Position numbers and translations under genes: made by a program | Assembly: GCA_040752695.1 (NCBI GenBank) | Contig: JBFMGO010000084.1 | Coordinates: 1-27,218, forward strand | Reading direction: 5' to 3' | Source of the DNA: a bacterium | Lineage (GTDB): Bacteria > SZUA-182 > DTGQ01 | DNA length: 27,218 bases | Shown: positions 1 through 7,534 of the stretch, in pieces | How the letters are laid out: every line of letters begins with the position of its first letter | Position numbering within the stretch: the stretch's first letter is position 1 | Notes under the pieces: model-generated | What the model was told of the DNA's origin: nothing | Database searches by the model: none | What the model saw: the letters and a program-made list of their open reading frames with translations, nothing else

Positions 1-125
1 AAAATGGATTCGTCTACACCGACCTGAGAAATTAGCCAAGGTGATTGAAGGGGTTAAATTCGTCAACGGGGAAGAAATTGATAGGATCGCCGCCTAATGC
101 TATACACAACATTTGACAATAGCTC
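1..125 (+). mobile_element. IS256-family insertion sequence, right end (rest outside window)
   Basis: Frame 2..97 reads KWIRLHRPEKLAKVIEGVKFVNGEEIDRIAA*, matching the W.RL...L..VI.GV.F.[DN]G...AA C-terminus of a subgroup of IS256 transposases; followed by TATACACAACATTTGACAATAGCTC (101-125), resembling their right inverted repeat. Confidence 0.8.
2..97 (+). CDS. IS256-family transposase, C-terminal 31 aa (5' partial)
   Basis: Manual translation (absent from ORF track); TAA at 95-97. Confidence 0.78.
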   Translation, partial: KWIRLHRPEKLAKVIEGVKFVNGEEIDRIAA

Positions 126-1710
126 GGGCTATTGTCCTATCTTTGTTGAGTGATCCAAGATAAAGCCTAAATAAGTAGTTAAGATTCCTTGAAAACGATG
201 AGAGCTTTTCAAGGGTAGCTTGACCTCGAAAACCCTTGCTGATAATTTTTCCCATATTATCAGCATCCATCCTTAAAGCCCCTATAAGTTTTGCCCCTCT
301 TGAACTTGCAGCCAAGTGCTCAAGCATAGCAGCATTTTTATCTCCCAAGGAGTCAATTTCATCCTTTAGCCATTGTTTTTCTTCCTGATCCTCTGTCGCT
401 GATAATTGGGTATAAAGCTCCTCTTTTTCTTCAGCTATGTCTTGACGTATATCTTTAGGTAACATATCAACTGTTGTAACATATGTTCTCGCAAAAAGGG
501 GTATTGCCGAAGTACCAAGATCATTCAAAAAATCAATGCGTTCATCATAAATGACCCAGCGGCATGGAAGGTCGTAACGGTGAACCTTTGAAAGAAGATA
601 GTAGGAATTCTCTATTTGAAGACAATGGCCTGAATCTTCATTAGAAATTTGCACATACCTTATTTCTGGAATAACATTACCAAGACGTACAAGTCTATCA
701 CAAAAACTACATCTTATAGGTTCCTCGTAATCCTCTCTCCCCTTAGGCTGTGGCAAGACAGAATCTCGAAAGCAGATTTCACAATGTTGAGGGCTTGGAT
801 CTGTTTCATTAATAAATACAAGGTCCCCTTTTTGAATAATAGCTTGGAATTTCTGATTCTTTTTAATAAAGGCAGCCTTTGCTATTTCCTGCAAGGTAGA
901 TGAGATATCGAATTTGAGGTTTTCGTCAGATGCTTCTACTGTGGAAAATGTAATGTGTAACCTGCCATTAAACTTTTCTAAAAGCCAAGAATTTATATTA
1001 TAGTCAATGCTGCCTAACAACTCATTGTAGCCTGGAGGTTTGCTGGATAAGATGTATATGTTCCCACCACCATTCATAAGGATATTAACGTCATGTAAAT
1101 TAAAGGCATCAATGCAACGGTCAATAGCATGATTACAGAGTAATTCTATAAAAAAGGAACGAGAACGGAGGTTTTTTAATGCTCCTTGTGAAGTGATGTT
1201 ATAAATGAAACTTTGTATTCCCGATAAATCAAGATTGATTATCAAGTTTCCTGGATCATGTTTAAATTCTTTCCTATTTCTAGCTATAATTGCTTTGGCT
1301 GCCCTAACTTTATACGTATCGAAGATCGAAATATTTTCGTTTCCCTCAATGGGTATAGTTCCACCAAATTTTTCCAATAAAAACATAAGCTTATTAACGG
1401 TTAAAAGTCTAAGGTAGTTTTCATCAAGACTCTCATATCGGGTTTTTATTTCATTTAATGTTCCTGCCTTGATTTCATCGAGAAGGACATCCTTTACCTT
1501 TGTTGGGTAAGATATGTTAGATGTGATGCTAGTTGGCTTTACATAATAGGCACTTATAGTTTCATCCTTATCCTTAAAACCTACTTGATCAAAAATGGAT
1601 CTGAGGTACGGAGCATCTTGTTTGTGGAACCAATCTCTGACTTTCAGTAGTCCTTCAATGAGGATAGGTTTTAAGACATCTTCGCTCTTATAATATTCAT
1701 TTCCTGTCAT
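126..1710 (-). pseudogene. cas10: Type III CRISPR Cas10/Csm1-like large subunit, HD-less, interrupted by IS256 before the GGDD motif
   Basis: Palm1 LDLSGIQSFIY..GALKNLRSRSFFIELL, GGGNIYIL, Zn finger CEIC..CSFC, Palm2 ALRMDADNMGKI, LSSFSRNLNYLF; ORF runs into the IS end and stops at 100 without GGDD. Confidence 0.88.
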
Positions 1711-1821
1711 TCAATTCTCCCCGCGCTGTACAGATGCTCTGAGAAAACATGTATGGCTATTCGCCTTTTTATTTCACCTTCTAAATTAAGGCGCATTTTC
1801 AGCTATATATCAACTTGACTG

Positions 1822-2793
1822 CTAAGGTAGCGAAACCTCAAACCTCCCCAAGCCGAAGCTGCTGCCTTTGCCTACGTGTACATACTCTCCCAGCCTGATA
1901 TATGGCCAGAAGGGAGAAAAATCCCCCTCGTAGATGGCCTCGCCCAAAAGGCCGCCCATCTTCATCCGCGTCTCCTGGCGATTGGAGTAGCGCTCCCAGT
2001 CCTCCCAGTGGAGGTTCCGGCTGACTGTATTGATCTTCGTGGCCTGCTCAATGAGATCCTTGAATCCGCTGTCTTCAAGTTTCTGGCCGCAGTGAAAATA
2101 GGAGAGCATAGAGATGCGGCGGAGGAGGTTCCTGAAAAAGACATGAAATTCAAGCTCTTTGGTCAGGCTGTTTTCATACTTGATCCGGGTTGGAGTGAGA
2201 AAATGCAGGCGAACTCTGGATGGAGGTGGAGAATTAATAATGTCCGGCCAGTGCACGGGGCCAAAACCTGTAGCCAGCATTTTATCATGGCCGCGATAAA
2301 TAACCTTTTGGTGATTTTCCCCGCCCTGAGATGAGTGTTCCAGTAAAGGGCTCTCCTCAGCCACTTTCACCAGATGGTATTTCCCCTTTCCTCTACCGAT
2401 GCCGATACGGCCAAGCTCCTCAAAGGCGTAAATAAAGTAAGGGAGATAGTCGATGGCCCGGCCAATAAGGACCAAACCAAAGCTCATCTCCTGCTCTGCC
2501 CGGTATGTTTCCAGGTCCTCCATCGGTGGCTCGATGATAAAAGGGTGTGGGGCGGCAGTGTATTTTTTCATCATCTCGGCCTCACTTGGCACCGGTGTCT
2601 CGAAAACCCAAGAGTACACGCACTGCTGCCTAAGGAGGCAATCTGAGCATTCCTTACCTTTAAACACGCAGACAACGCGCCGGAAGGCATGCCCGAAGCC
2701 TCCACGGAGCGTGGAACCCTTATATGCGGGCAGAAGGAGTGCTGTCTCCCCCTTGATGGTGAAGATAAACCGAGAAAAGCAAAATCGTTGCAT
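1822..2793 (-). CDS. cas6: CRISPR pre-crRNA processing endoribonuclease Cas6 (RAMP)
   Basis: GSTLRGGFG, Cys cluster C..C..C....C, FLTPTRIK, C-terminal Gly loop HVGKGSSFGLGRF. Confidence 0.95.
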   Translation of the reverse strand: MQRFCFSRFIFTIKGETALLLPAYKGSTLRGGFGHAFRRVVCVFKGKECSDCLLRQQCVYSWVFETPVPSEAEMMKKYTAAPHPFIIEPPMEDLETYRAEQEMSFGLVLIGRAIDYLPYFIYAFEELGRIGIGRGKGKYHLVKVAEESPLLEHSSQGGENHQKVIYRGHDKMLATGFGPVHWPDIINSPPPSRVRLHFLTPTRIKYENSLTKELEFHVFFRNLLRRISMLSYFHCGQKLEDSGFKDLIEQATKINTVSRNLHWEDWERYSNRQETRMKMGGLLGEAIYEGDFSPFWPYIRLGEYVHVGKGSSFGLGRFEVSLP

Positions 2794-2860
2794 GGTTACT
2801 CCGATGTGAGGAAAGATATATCGGGAAAGCCTTTATGAAAAAAATCCCATGTTTAACTGA

Positions 2861-2889
2861 ATATTAATACAAAATCGGTTTATGAGCAA
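2861..2889 (-). promoter_or_regulatory. Candidate sigma70 promoter for cas6-cas10
   Basis: Minus strand TTGCTC-17 bp-TAATAT, about 70 bp upstream of the cas6 ATG. Confidence 0.3.
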
Positions 2890-3035
2890 GGAATTTGTTT
2901 TAAGAAAAAATACGTTATTTATACTCCGCGAAATTAGGCGGGGTTCAGGATGCTGTAACGGTAAAGATTTATTTGGGGAAGATTTTGGTTGGAGCAGATC
3001 TCAAGCGTTGAACTTAAAATGCGCTTCCGGCTCTT

Positions 3036-3157
3036 ATCGCAATCTCTTCTTCATCAGGTCACTGTTTCCGAGAATAGTGATCGAATTTGGAGTCTAATAG
3101 GCGCCAAAAATGGAGAGTTGCAATCCCCTTTTTCGCATAAGTCTGCTTCTTTGCAAG
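3036..3157 (-). CRISPR. Degenerate CRISPR-like mini-array: repeat (3157-3117), 44-nt spacer (3116-3073), repeat (3072-3036)
   Basis: Minus-strand repeats CTTGCAAAGAAGCAGACTTATGCGAAAAAGGGGATTGCAAC and CTCGGAAACAGTGACCTGATGAAGAAGAGATTGCGAT (37 nt) share GAC.T.ATG..AA.AAG..GATTGC.A.; 3' ends resemble type III handles; co-oriented with and upstream of cas6. Confidence 0.6.
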
Positions 3158-3259
3158 GTCTGCTTCTTTGTACTGCCTGCTTCTTTGTACTGCCTGCTTC
3201 TTTGCAAGGTCTGCTTCTTTGCAAAGCCTGCTTCTTTATATTGCCTGCTTCATTACAAA
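3141..3259. repeat. 7 tandem copies of a 17-bp unit, GYCTGCTTCTTTG(C/T)A..
   Basis: Units start at 3141, 3158, 3175, 3192, 3209, 3226 and 3243. Confidence 0.95.
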
Positions 3260-3270
3260 AACCGCTCGAA

Positions 3271-3642
3271 AGGGGATAATATCGAAAAAAAATCTAATTT
3301 ATACATATAAAAGTATAAACTTATATAAAAATGAACACGTTTCTTATGGGGCCGGGGAAATTCTGATATTCAAGTCCATTTTCCAAATGGTTAAATACCA
3401 AATCCATCGACTTATCCACAAATTTTCCACATTTTCTGGGGAAAACAGGGTTATCATCCTGTTTTTAAAAGCTATAATCTGTGGGGAGCATATACACCAA
3501 CCACCACTAATCATCGTAATTAGTTACCTTCTATGCAAAGGTAACTAATTACGCGGATATCCGTCTTGTTTATTAAACTTATCATGCTTTCGCATGCTTA
3601 TTTCGCTTTCGTACAACCAGCCGTCTCAAATACTCATCCACA
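3271..3642. promoter_or_regulatory. DnaA-box cluster with AT-rich tract (oriC-like or other DnaA-binding locus)
   Basis: TTATCCACA 3412-3420 (perfect), TTTTCCACA 3423-3431, inverted TGGGGAAAA 3437-3445, TCATCCACA 3634-3642, weaker boxes at 3271, 3299 and 3480; AT-rich tract about 3280-3335. Confidence 0.5.
3515..3553. repeat. Perfect 16-bp inverted repeat with 7-nt loop
   Basis: CGTAATTAGTTACCTT-ctatgca-AAGGTAACTAATTACG. Confidence 0.95.
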
Positions 3643-3826
3643 TTGCATCGATTATCTTATTGAGCTGATCTGTTCAAGACGCAACTTTTGAAAATTCCTC
3701 ATCCCCTCTGGGAAGCGGTAGCCGTATGCTCAAAATAAGCCAAGAGGTTACCATTATTAGGAGAGGGAAGAATGGTAAACGATGAAAAAGCAGTGCGGAG
3801 GCCGCTTGAGTGCGACCGCTTTTCCC

Positions 3827-3854
3827 TTGACATCTCCAGGAAAACAGATAAAAT
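3827..3854 (+). promoter_or_regulatory. Candidate sigma70 promoter for the homocysteine biosynthesis operon
   Basis: TTGACA-16 bp-TAAAAT. Confidence 0.5.
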
Positions 3855-3939
3855 TGGAGGTTATTTAAAGCTTATGCTAAACTAAGTACTGGCTGCGGGA
3901 ATTCCTAAAGGCCAGTAATTGAATGGAGCCAGGTGTCGA

Positions 3940-3974
3940 AAATCCCCCTCACCCCCTGTATAAAAAGGGGGAAT
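3940..3974. repeat. REP-like palindromic element
   Basis: AAATCCCCCTCACCCCCTGTATAAAAAGGGGGAAT: C-run pair plus CCCCCT/AGGGGG hairpin, as seen in widespread intergenic REP-like repeats. Confidence 0.45.
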
Positions 3975-4161
3975 AAAAATTCTTTAGAAAAGATAAGGGA
4001 ATAACTTTACAAAAGGATGGGAATATCCTTACCGAATTCATCACTGAATTCGCCGGCGAATTTATCAGAAGGATCGAATTTATCAGCAGAATCTCATTTT
4101 ATTATCGGGCTCTCTTAAAAAAATGAGAGTAAGCCGTCTTTTTTGAAGGTGAGAGTAAGCC

Positions 4162-5340
4162 GTGAAAACATATGAAGAAATAAACGAGAAAATCAAGGAG
4201 GGGAAAGCTGTCGTAGTCACAGCCGATGAAGTATGTGATCTGGCTGATGCAGAAGGCATTAAGGCCGTTGCCGAAAAGGTCGATGTAGTTACAACGGCCA
4301 CCTTTGGACCGATGTGCTCATCCGGTGTCTTTTTAAATTTCGGGCATGCGGACCCTCCGGTCAAAATGAACAAGGTCTTACTGAATGACGTGCCCGCTTA
4401 TGCGTCTCTGGCTGCGGTGGATGCCTATCTGGGAGCTACCGCCATGTCGGAGACGGAAGGGATCGAGTATGGAGGGGGGCATGTGATCGAGGATCTTCTG
4501 GCAGGAAAGGTCATCCGCCTGGAGGCAGAAGGCTACAAAACGGACTGTTATCCAGGAGAAATGGTGAAAGCCGAGATTACCCTGGAAAGTATCAATCAGG
4601 CCATATTGCTCAACCCCCGCAACGCCTATCAGAACTATACGGCTGCAACCAATTCCTCGGCCAGGACGCTGCATACCTACATGGGCACCCTGTTGCCCAA
4701 GTTTGGAAATGTCGCCTATTCCACCTCCGGCCAGCTCAATCCGCTGATCAATGATCCGGAATACCGCACGATCGGCCTCGGTACGAAAATTTTTCTGGGC
4801 GGAGGAGTAGGGCACGTCCTCGGAGAGGGAACCCAGCATAATCCACATCAGATTCGGGCCGTCAATAAAGTTCCGCTCAGCAGTGCCGGAACCTTGATGC
4901 TCATGGGCGATCTGAAGCAGATGAACCCACGCTATATCCGGGGAGCGACCATAAAAAAGTACGGTGTAACTCTTATGGTGGGCGTTGGCATTCCGATTCC
5001 CGTGCTGGATGAGGGGATAGCCGAGTCAGTATCCATTCGGGACAAGGATATTTTTACGACTATTTACGATTACAGCGTGGAAAAGTTATCCAAGCCGACC
5101 TATGGCAGGGTTAATTATCAGGAATTGAGGTCCGGGTCAGTCCAGATTAATGGAAATCGGGTGCCGGCAAATTCCGTCTCCAGCCTTTTTATGGCCAGAG
5201 AAATTGCCTCAATCTTAAAAGATTGGATCAGGCGGGGTGAGTTTTTCCTGGTAGAGCCGATTCAGCTCCTCTCGCGCGATACCCGATTCAAGAACTTACC
5301 GCAAAAAGAAGGATCTAAAAAGGACGGCTTAAAGTTATGA
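4162..5340 (+). CDS. Homocysteine biosynthesis protein / L-aspartate semialdehyde sulfurtransferase (DUF39, MA1821/MJ0100 family), without CBS domains
   Basis: KTYEEINEKIK.GKAVVVTA, VDVVTTATFGPMCSSG, NPRNAYQNY, HTYMGTLLP, NDPEYRTIGLGTKIFLGG. Confidence 0.92.
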   Translation: MKTYEEINEKIKEGKAVVVTADEVCDLADAEGIKAVAEKVDVVTTATFGPMCSSGVFLNFGHADPPVKMNKVLLNDVPAYASLAAVDAYLGATAMSETEGIEYGGGHVIEDLLAGKVIRLEAEGYKTDCYPGEMVKAEITLESINQAILLNPRNAYQNYTAATNSSARTLHTYMGTLLPKFGNVAYSTSGQLNPLINDPEYRTIGLGTKIFLGGGVGHVLGEGTQHNPHQIRAVNKVPLSSAGTLMLMGDLKQMNPRYIRGATIKKYGVTLMVGVGIPIPVLDEGIAESVSIRDKDIFTTIYDYSVEKLSKPTYGRVNYQELRSGSVQINGNRVPANSVSSLFMAREIASILKDWIRRGEFFLVEPIQLLSRDTRFKNLPQKEGSKKDGLKL

Positions 5341-5747
5341 CAGTCACCAGAAGAATTGTTTTGACCTTTCCGGCTAACCTCGTGGAAGATACAGCTATTT
5401 ATCACCTCATAAAGGACTATGACCTTATCGTCAACATCCTGCGTGCCAAGATCATACCGAAAGAGGGCGGGCGAATCGTTCTGGAACTGCGGGGGAAAGT
5501 CGAGAACATCAAAAAAGGGGTGAATTTCCTCGAAAGCAAGGGCATTGGTGTCAAATCTCTGGCCCAGGACATTCAACTCAATGAGGATAGGTGCGTCAGT
5601 TGCGGCATGTGTATGGCCGTATGCCACCAGAAAGCTTTATCCTTAAATCCGGTCTCATGGAAGATAGAGTTCAACCGGGATGACTGCATCTTATGCGAAC
5701 AGTGCGTAACGGTTTGCCCCCTGAAGGTAATCCAGGTGTCCTTTTAA
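5337..5747 (+). CDS. NIL-domain 2x[4Fe-4S] ferredoxin (MA1822 family), partner of DUF39
   Basis: YDLIVNILRAKI (NIL domain), CVSCGMCMAVC and CILCEQCVTVCP; ATGA overlap with the upstream gene. Confidence 0.92.
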   Translation: MTVTRRIVLTFPANLVEDTAIYHLIKDYDLIVNILRAKIIPKEGGRIVLELRGKVENIKKGVNFLESKGIGVKSLAQDIQLNEDRCVSCGMCMAVCHQKALSLNPVSWKIEFNRDDCILCEQCVTVCPLKVIQVSF

Positions 5748-5770
5748 ACACATTACAAAATTCCAGTAAC

Positions 5771-5840
5771 TACACTACAGCGGACCAGCAAAACTACGGA
5801 CCATTAAATACATTACAGCGGACCAGCAAAACTACAGACT
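5771..5840. repeat. Direct repeat of about 32 bp, period 38
   Basis: TACACTACAGCGGACCAGCAAAACTACGGACC (5771) and TACATTACAGCGGACCAGCAAAACTACAGACT (5809). Confidence 0.9.
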
Positions 5841-5869
5841 AACAAATCAATGAAGGATAAAAACATACC

Positions 5870-6955
5870 TTGCAGTCCTGGCGATTACTCGATTTAGCTG
5901 CCTACAATGCCTATGCAAACATGGCTATTGATGAGGCCGTGCTGAGAGCTTGCATCCAGCAAAAAGGCTCTCCGGCAACCATCCGGTTTTATACCTGGGT
6001 TCCACCGGCTGTTTCAATCGGACGTTTGCAGAAAATCGGAGGGAATCTCGATCTTGCTCAAGCCAAAGAGCTTGGTCTTGATGTCGTGCGAAGGCCAACC
6101 GGAGGAAGAATGGTGTTGCATAAGGGAGATGTTACCTACTCCCTCATTTTTACCGAGAATAATCCTGTCATTCCCAGGGGGATTCTGGCCAGCTACCAAA
6201 AGATAAGCCAGGCTGTTCAGCGCGGACTATGGCTTTTAGGGATACCAGCACAGATAAGTCTGGAGCGGAAAGCCAGTCATTCTCCTTTTTGCTTTTCAGG
6301 GGTGGCAAAACACGAAATTCTTGTTCACGGAAAGAAGATCATCGGTAATGCCCAAAGGAGAGAAAAAGGCGCCTGTTTGCAGCAGGGCTCAATGATGGTG
6401 GAAGACCAGCAGGCAGTGGTCCGCCGGTTGCTTTCTTGCGCCCGGTATTCTTCATTCCGGCAGGGTTTCCCGAATCCGGCTGAAGGTGCGAATCCGGCTG
6501 AAGGTGCGAATCCGGCTGAAAATGCGAACCTGGCTGAAAATGCGAACCCGGTAAGCAACGGGAACCCGGTAGACAGCGGGAGACCGTTAGACAAGGGAAT
6601 CCTGGCCAGGGGAGCGAACCTGTCCGGTGAAGCGAATCTGGCAGAGGGGCTGAACCCGGCAGGGGAGTCCAATCTTTCGGCAACTGCGGATCCGGCCAAA
6701 GGACTAAGCCGCTCCTGGGCGCTCGGATCGAATCGAAACGGCTGTGGAATGCCGGAATTTATCTCTCTCGAGGAGGTATTTTGTAGTCCCGTTGCTGTAT
6801 CCCTGATCAAGGAGGCCCTGATCCGCGGATTTGAAGAAACGTTTCACATCTCATTTACTTACGGTTCATTGACTGACTGGGAGGAAGAAGAGGCCGCAAG
6901 ACTTATTCAGGAAAAATACTCCCGGGATCTATGGAATAAGGAGGGCCATGTGTGA
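5870..6955 (+). CDS. Lipoate-protein ligase A / LipM-like octanoyltransferase with internal repeat insert
   Basis: NMAIDEA, TIRFYTW..PAVSIG, VVRRPTGGRMVLH, CF, GKKIIGNAQRR, LQQGS, C-terminal EKY...WN. Confidence 0.9.
   Translation: MQSWRLLDLAAYNAYANMAIDEAVLRACIQQKGSPATIRFYTWVPPAVSIGRLQKIGGNLDLAQAKELGLDVVRRPTGGRMVLHKGDVTYSLIFTENNPVIPRGILASYQKISQAVQRGLWLLGIPAQISLERKASHSPFCFSGVAKHEILVHGKKIIGNAQRREKGACLQQGSMMVEDQQAVVRRLLSCARYSSFRQGFPNPAEGANPAEGANPAENANLAENANPVSNGNPVDSGRPLDKGILARGANLSGEANLAEGLNPAGESNLSATADPAKGLSRSWALGSNRNGCGMPEFISLEEVFCSPVAVSLIKEALIRGFEETFHISFTYGSLTDWEEEEAARLIQEKYSRDLWNKEGHV
6473..6706 (+). repeat. About 13 in-frame 18-bp tandem units encoding (NPAEGA)-like hexapeptides
   Basis: AATCCGGCTGAAGGTGCG twice, then progressively diverged units. 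Confidence 0.9.
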
Positions 6956-7395
6956 GTATTACGGCTGCCATTGCGACTATTGACGAGATCGATCCATCCT
7001 GGCGGGAACTGATGCAAAAAGCCGGTCAAGCCAAAGAGAAGGCCATCGCCCCGATATCAGGATTCAGAGTAGGTGCAGCTCTTCTCACCGCCGGGGGAAG
7101 GTGCTACCTTGGCTGCAACATCGAAAATATATCTTTGAGCCTCAGCATCTGTGCTGAACGGGTGGCCTTTTTAAAGGCACTCTCCGAAGGAGAGACCAGT
7201 TTCAGTGCACTGGCTATTGTAAGCGACAGCGAGTCGGTAGTAACCCCCTGTGGGGCCTGCCGACAGTTAATATGGGAGTTTGCTCCTGAGATAACCATCA
7301 TCATGGGTAATCCGGGAGGGGATATTCAGTGGACCAGGATAACTGACCTGCTGCCGCAAGCCTTCCATTATCTTGACAGCGCCTGTCCACAGTAA
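6952..7395 (+). CDS. cdd: Cytidine deaminase (homotetrameric type)
   Basis: AP.SGFRVGAALL, GCNIEN, ICAERVA, PCGACRQ, LLPQAF. Confidence 0.95.
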   Translation: MSITAAIATIDEIDPSWRELMQKAGQAKEKAIAPISGFRVGAALLTAGGRCYLGCNIENISLSLSICAERVAFLKALSEGETSFSALAIVSDSESVVTPCGACRQLIWEFAPEITIIMGNPGGDIQWTRITDLLPQAFHYLDSACPQ

Positions 7396-7500
7396 GGGCG
7401 GGTGCGATTAGAATCCAGGCAGCACCTGCCCGCATTAAGGGCGGGTAAGATCCGAATCTTGACAGTGCCTGTCCGGCAGCAAGGGGCGGGTAAGATCCGA
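7370..7500. repeat. Three tandem 43-45 bp units with GC hairpin, overlapping the cdd stop
   Basis: Units at 7370, 7413 and 7456: ATCTTGACAG.GCCTG.CC.CA..AAGGGCGGGT..GAT..GA. Confidence 0.9.
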
Positions 7501-7534
7501 AACGTATGAAAAGAGAGAGGGTTGATATTTTAAG

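Noticed and set aside
100..1710. Intact 536-aa Cas10
   Set aside because: The stop lies at the IS end and GGDD is missing.
3073..3116. Self-target of the mini-array spacer (GATCGAATTT at 4072; partial matches near 1780 and 22365)
   Set aside because: Matches of 10 nt or fewer, compatible with chance.
3141..3259. 17-bp array as a CRISPR array
   Set aside because: Units abut with no spacers and are too short.
2882..3548. Small plus-strand ORFs (71, 96, 66, 126 aa)
   Set aside because: Translations of tandem repeat and regulatory DNA in several frames; no recognisable protein features.
3650..4160. SAM-I or c-di-GMP-I riboswitch
   Set aside because: No TTATC.AGAG...GGTGC..A core; CCTAAAGG...ATGGAGCCAGG resembles GEMM P2, but the paired GAAA tetraloop stem and GCAAA motif are absent.
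5771..7500. 38-bp and 43-bp repeats as CRISPR arrays
   Set aside because: No spacer-length unique sequence between copies.
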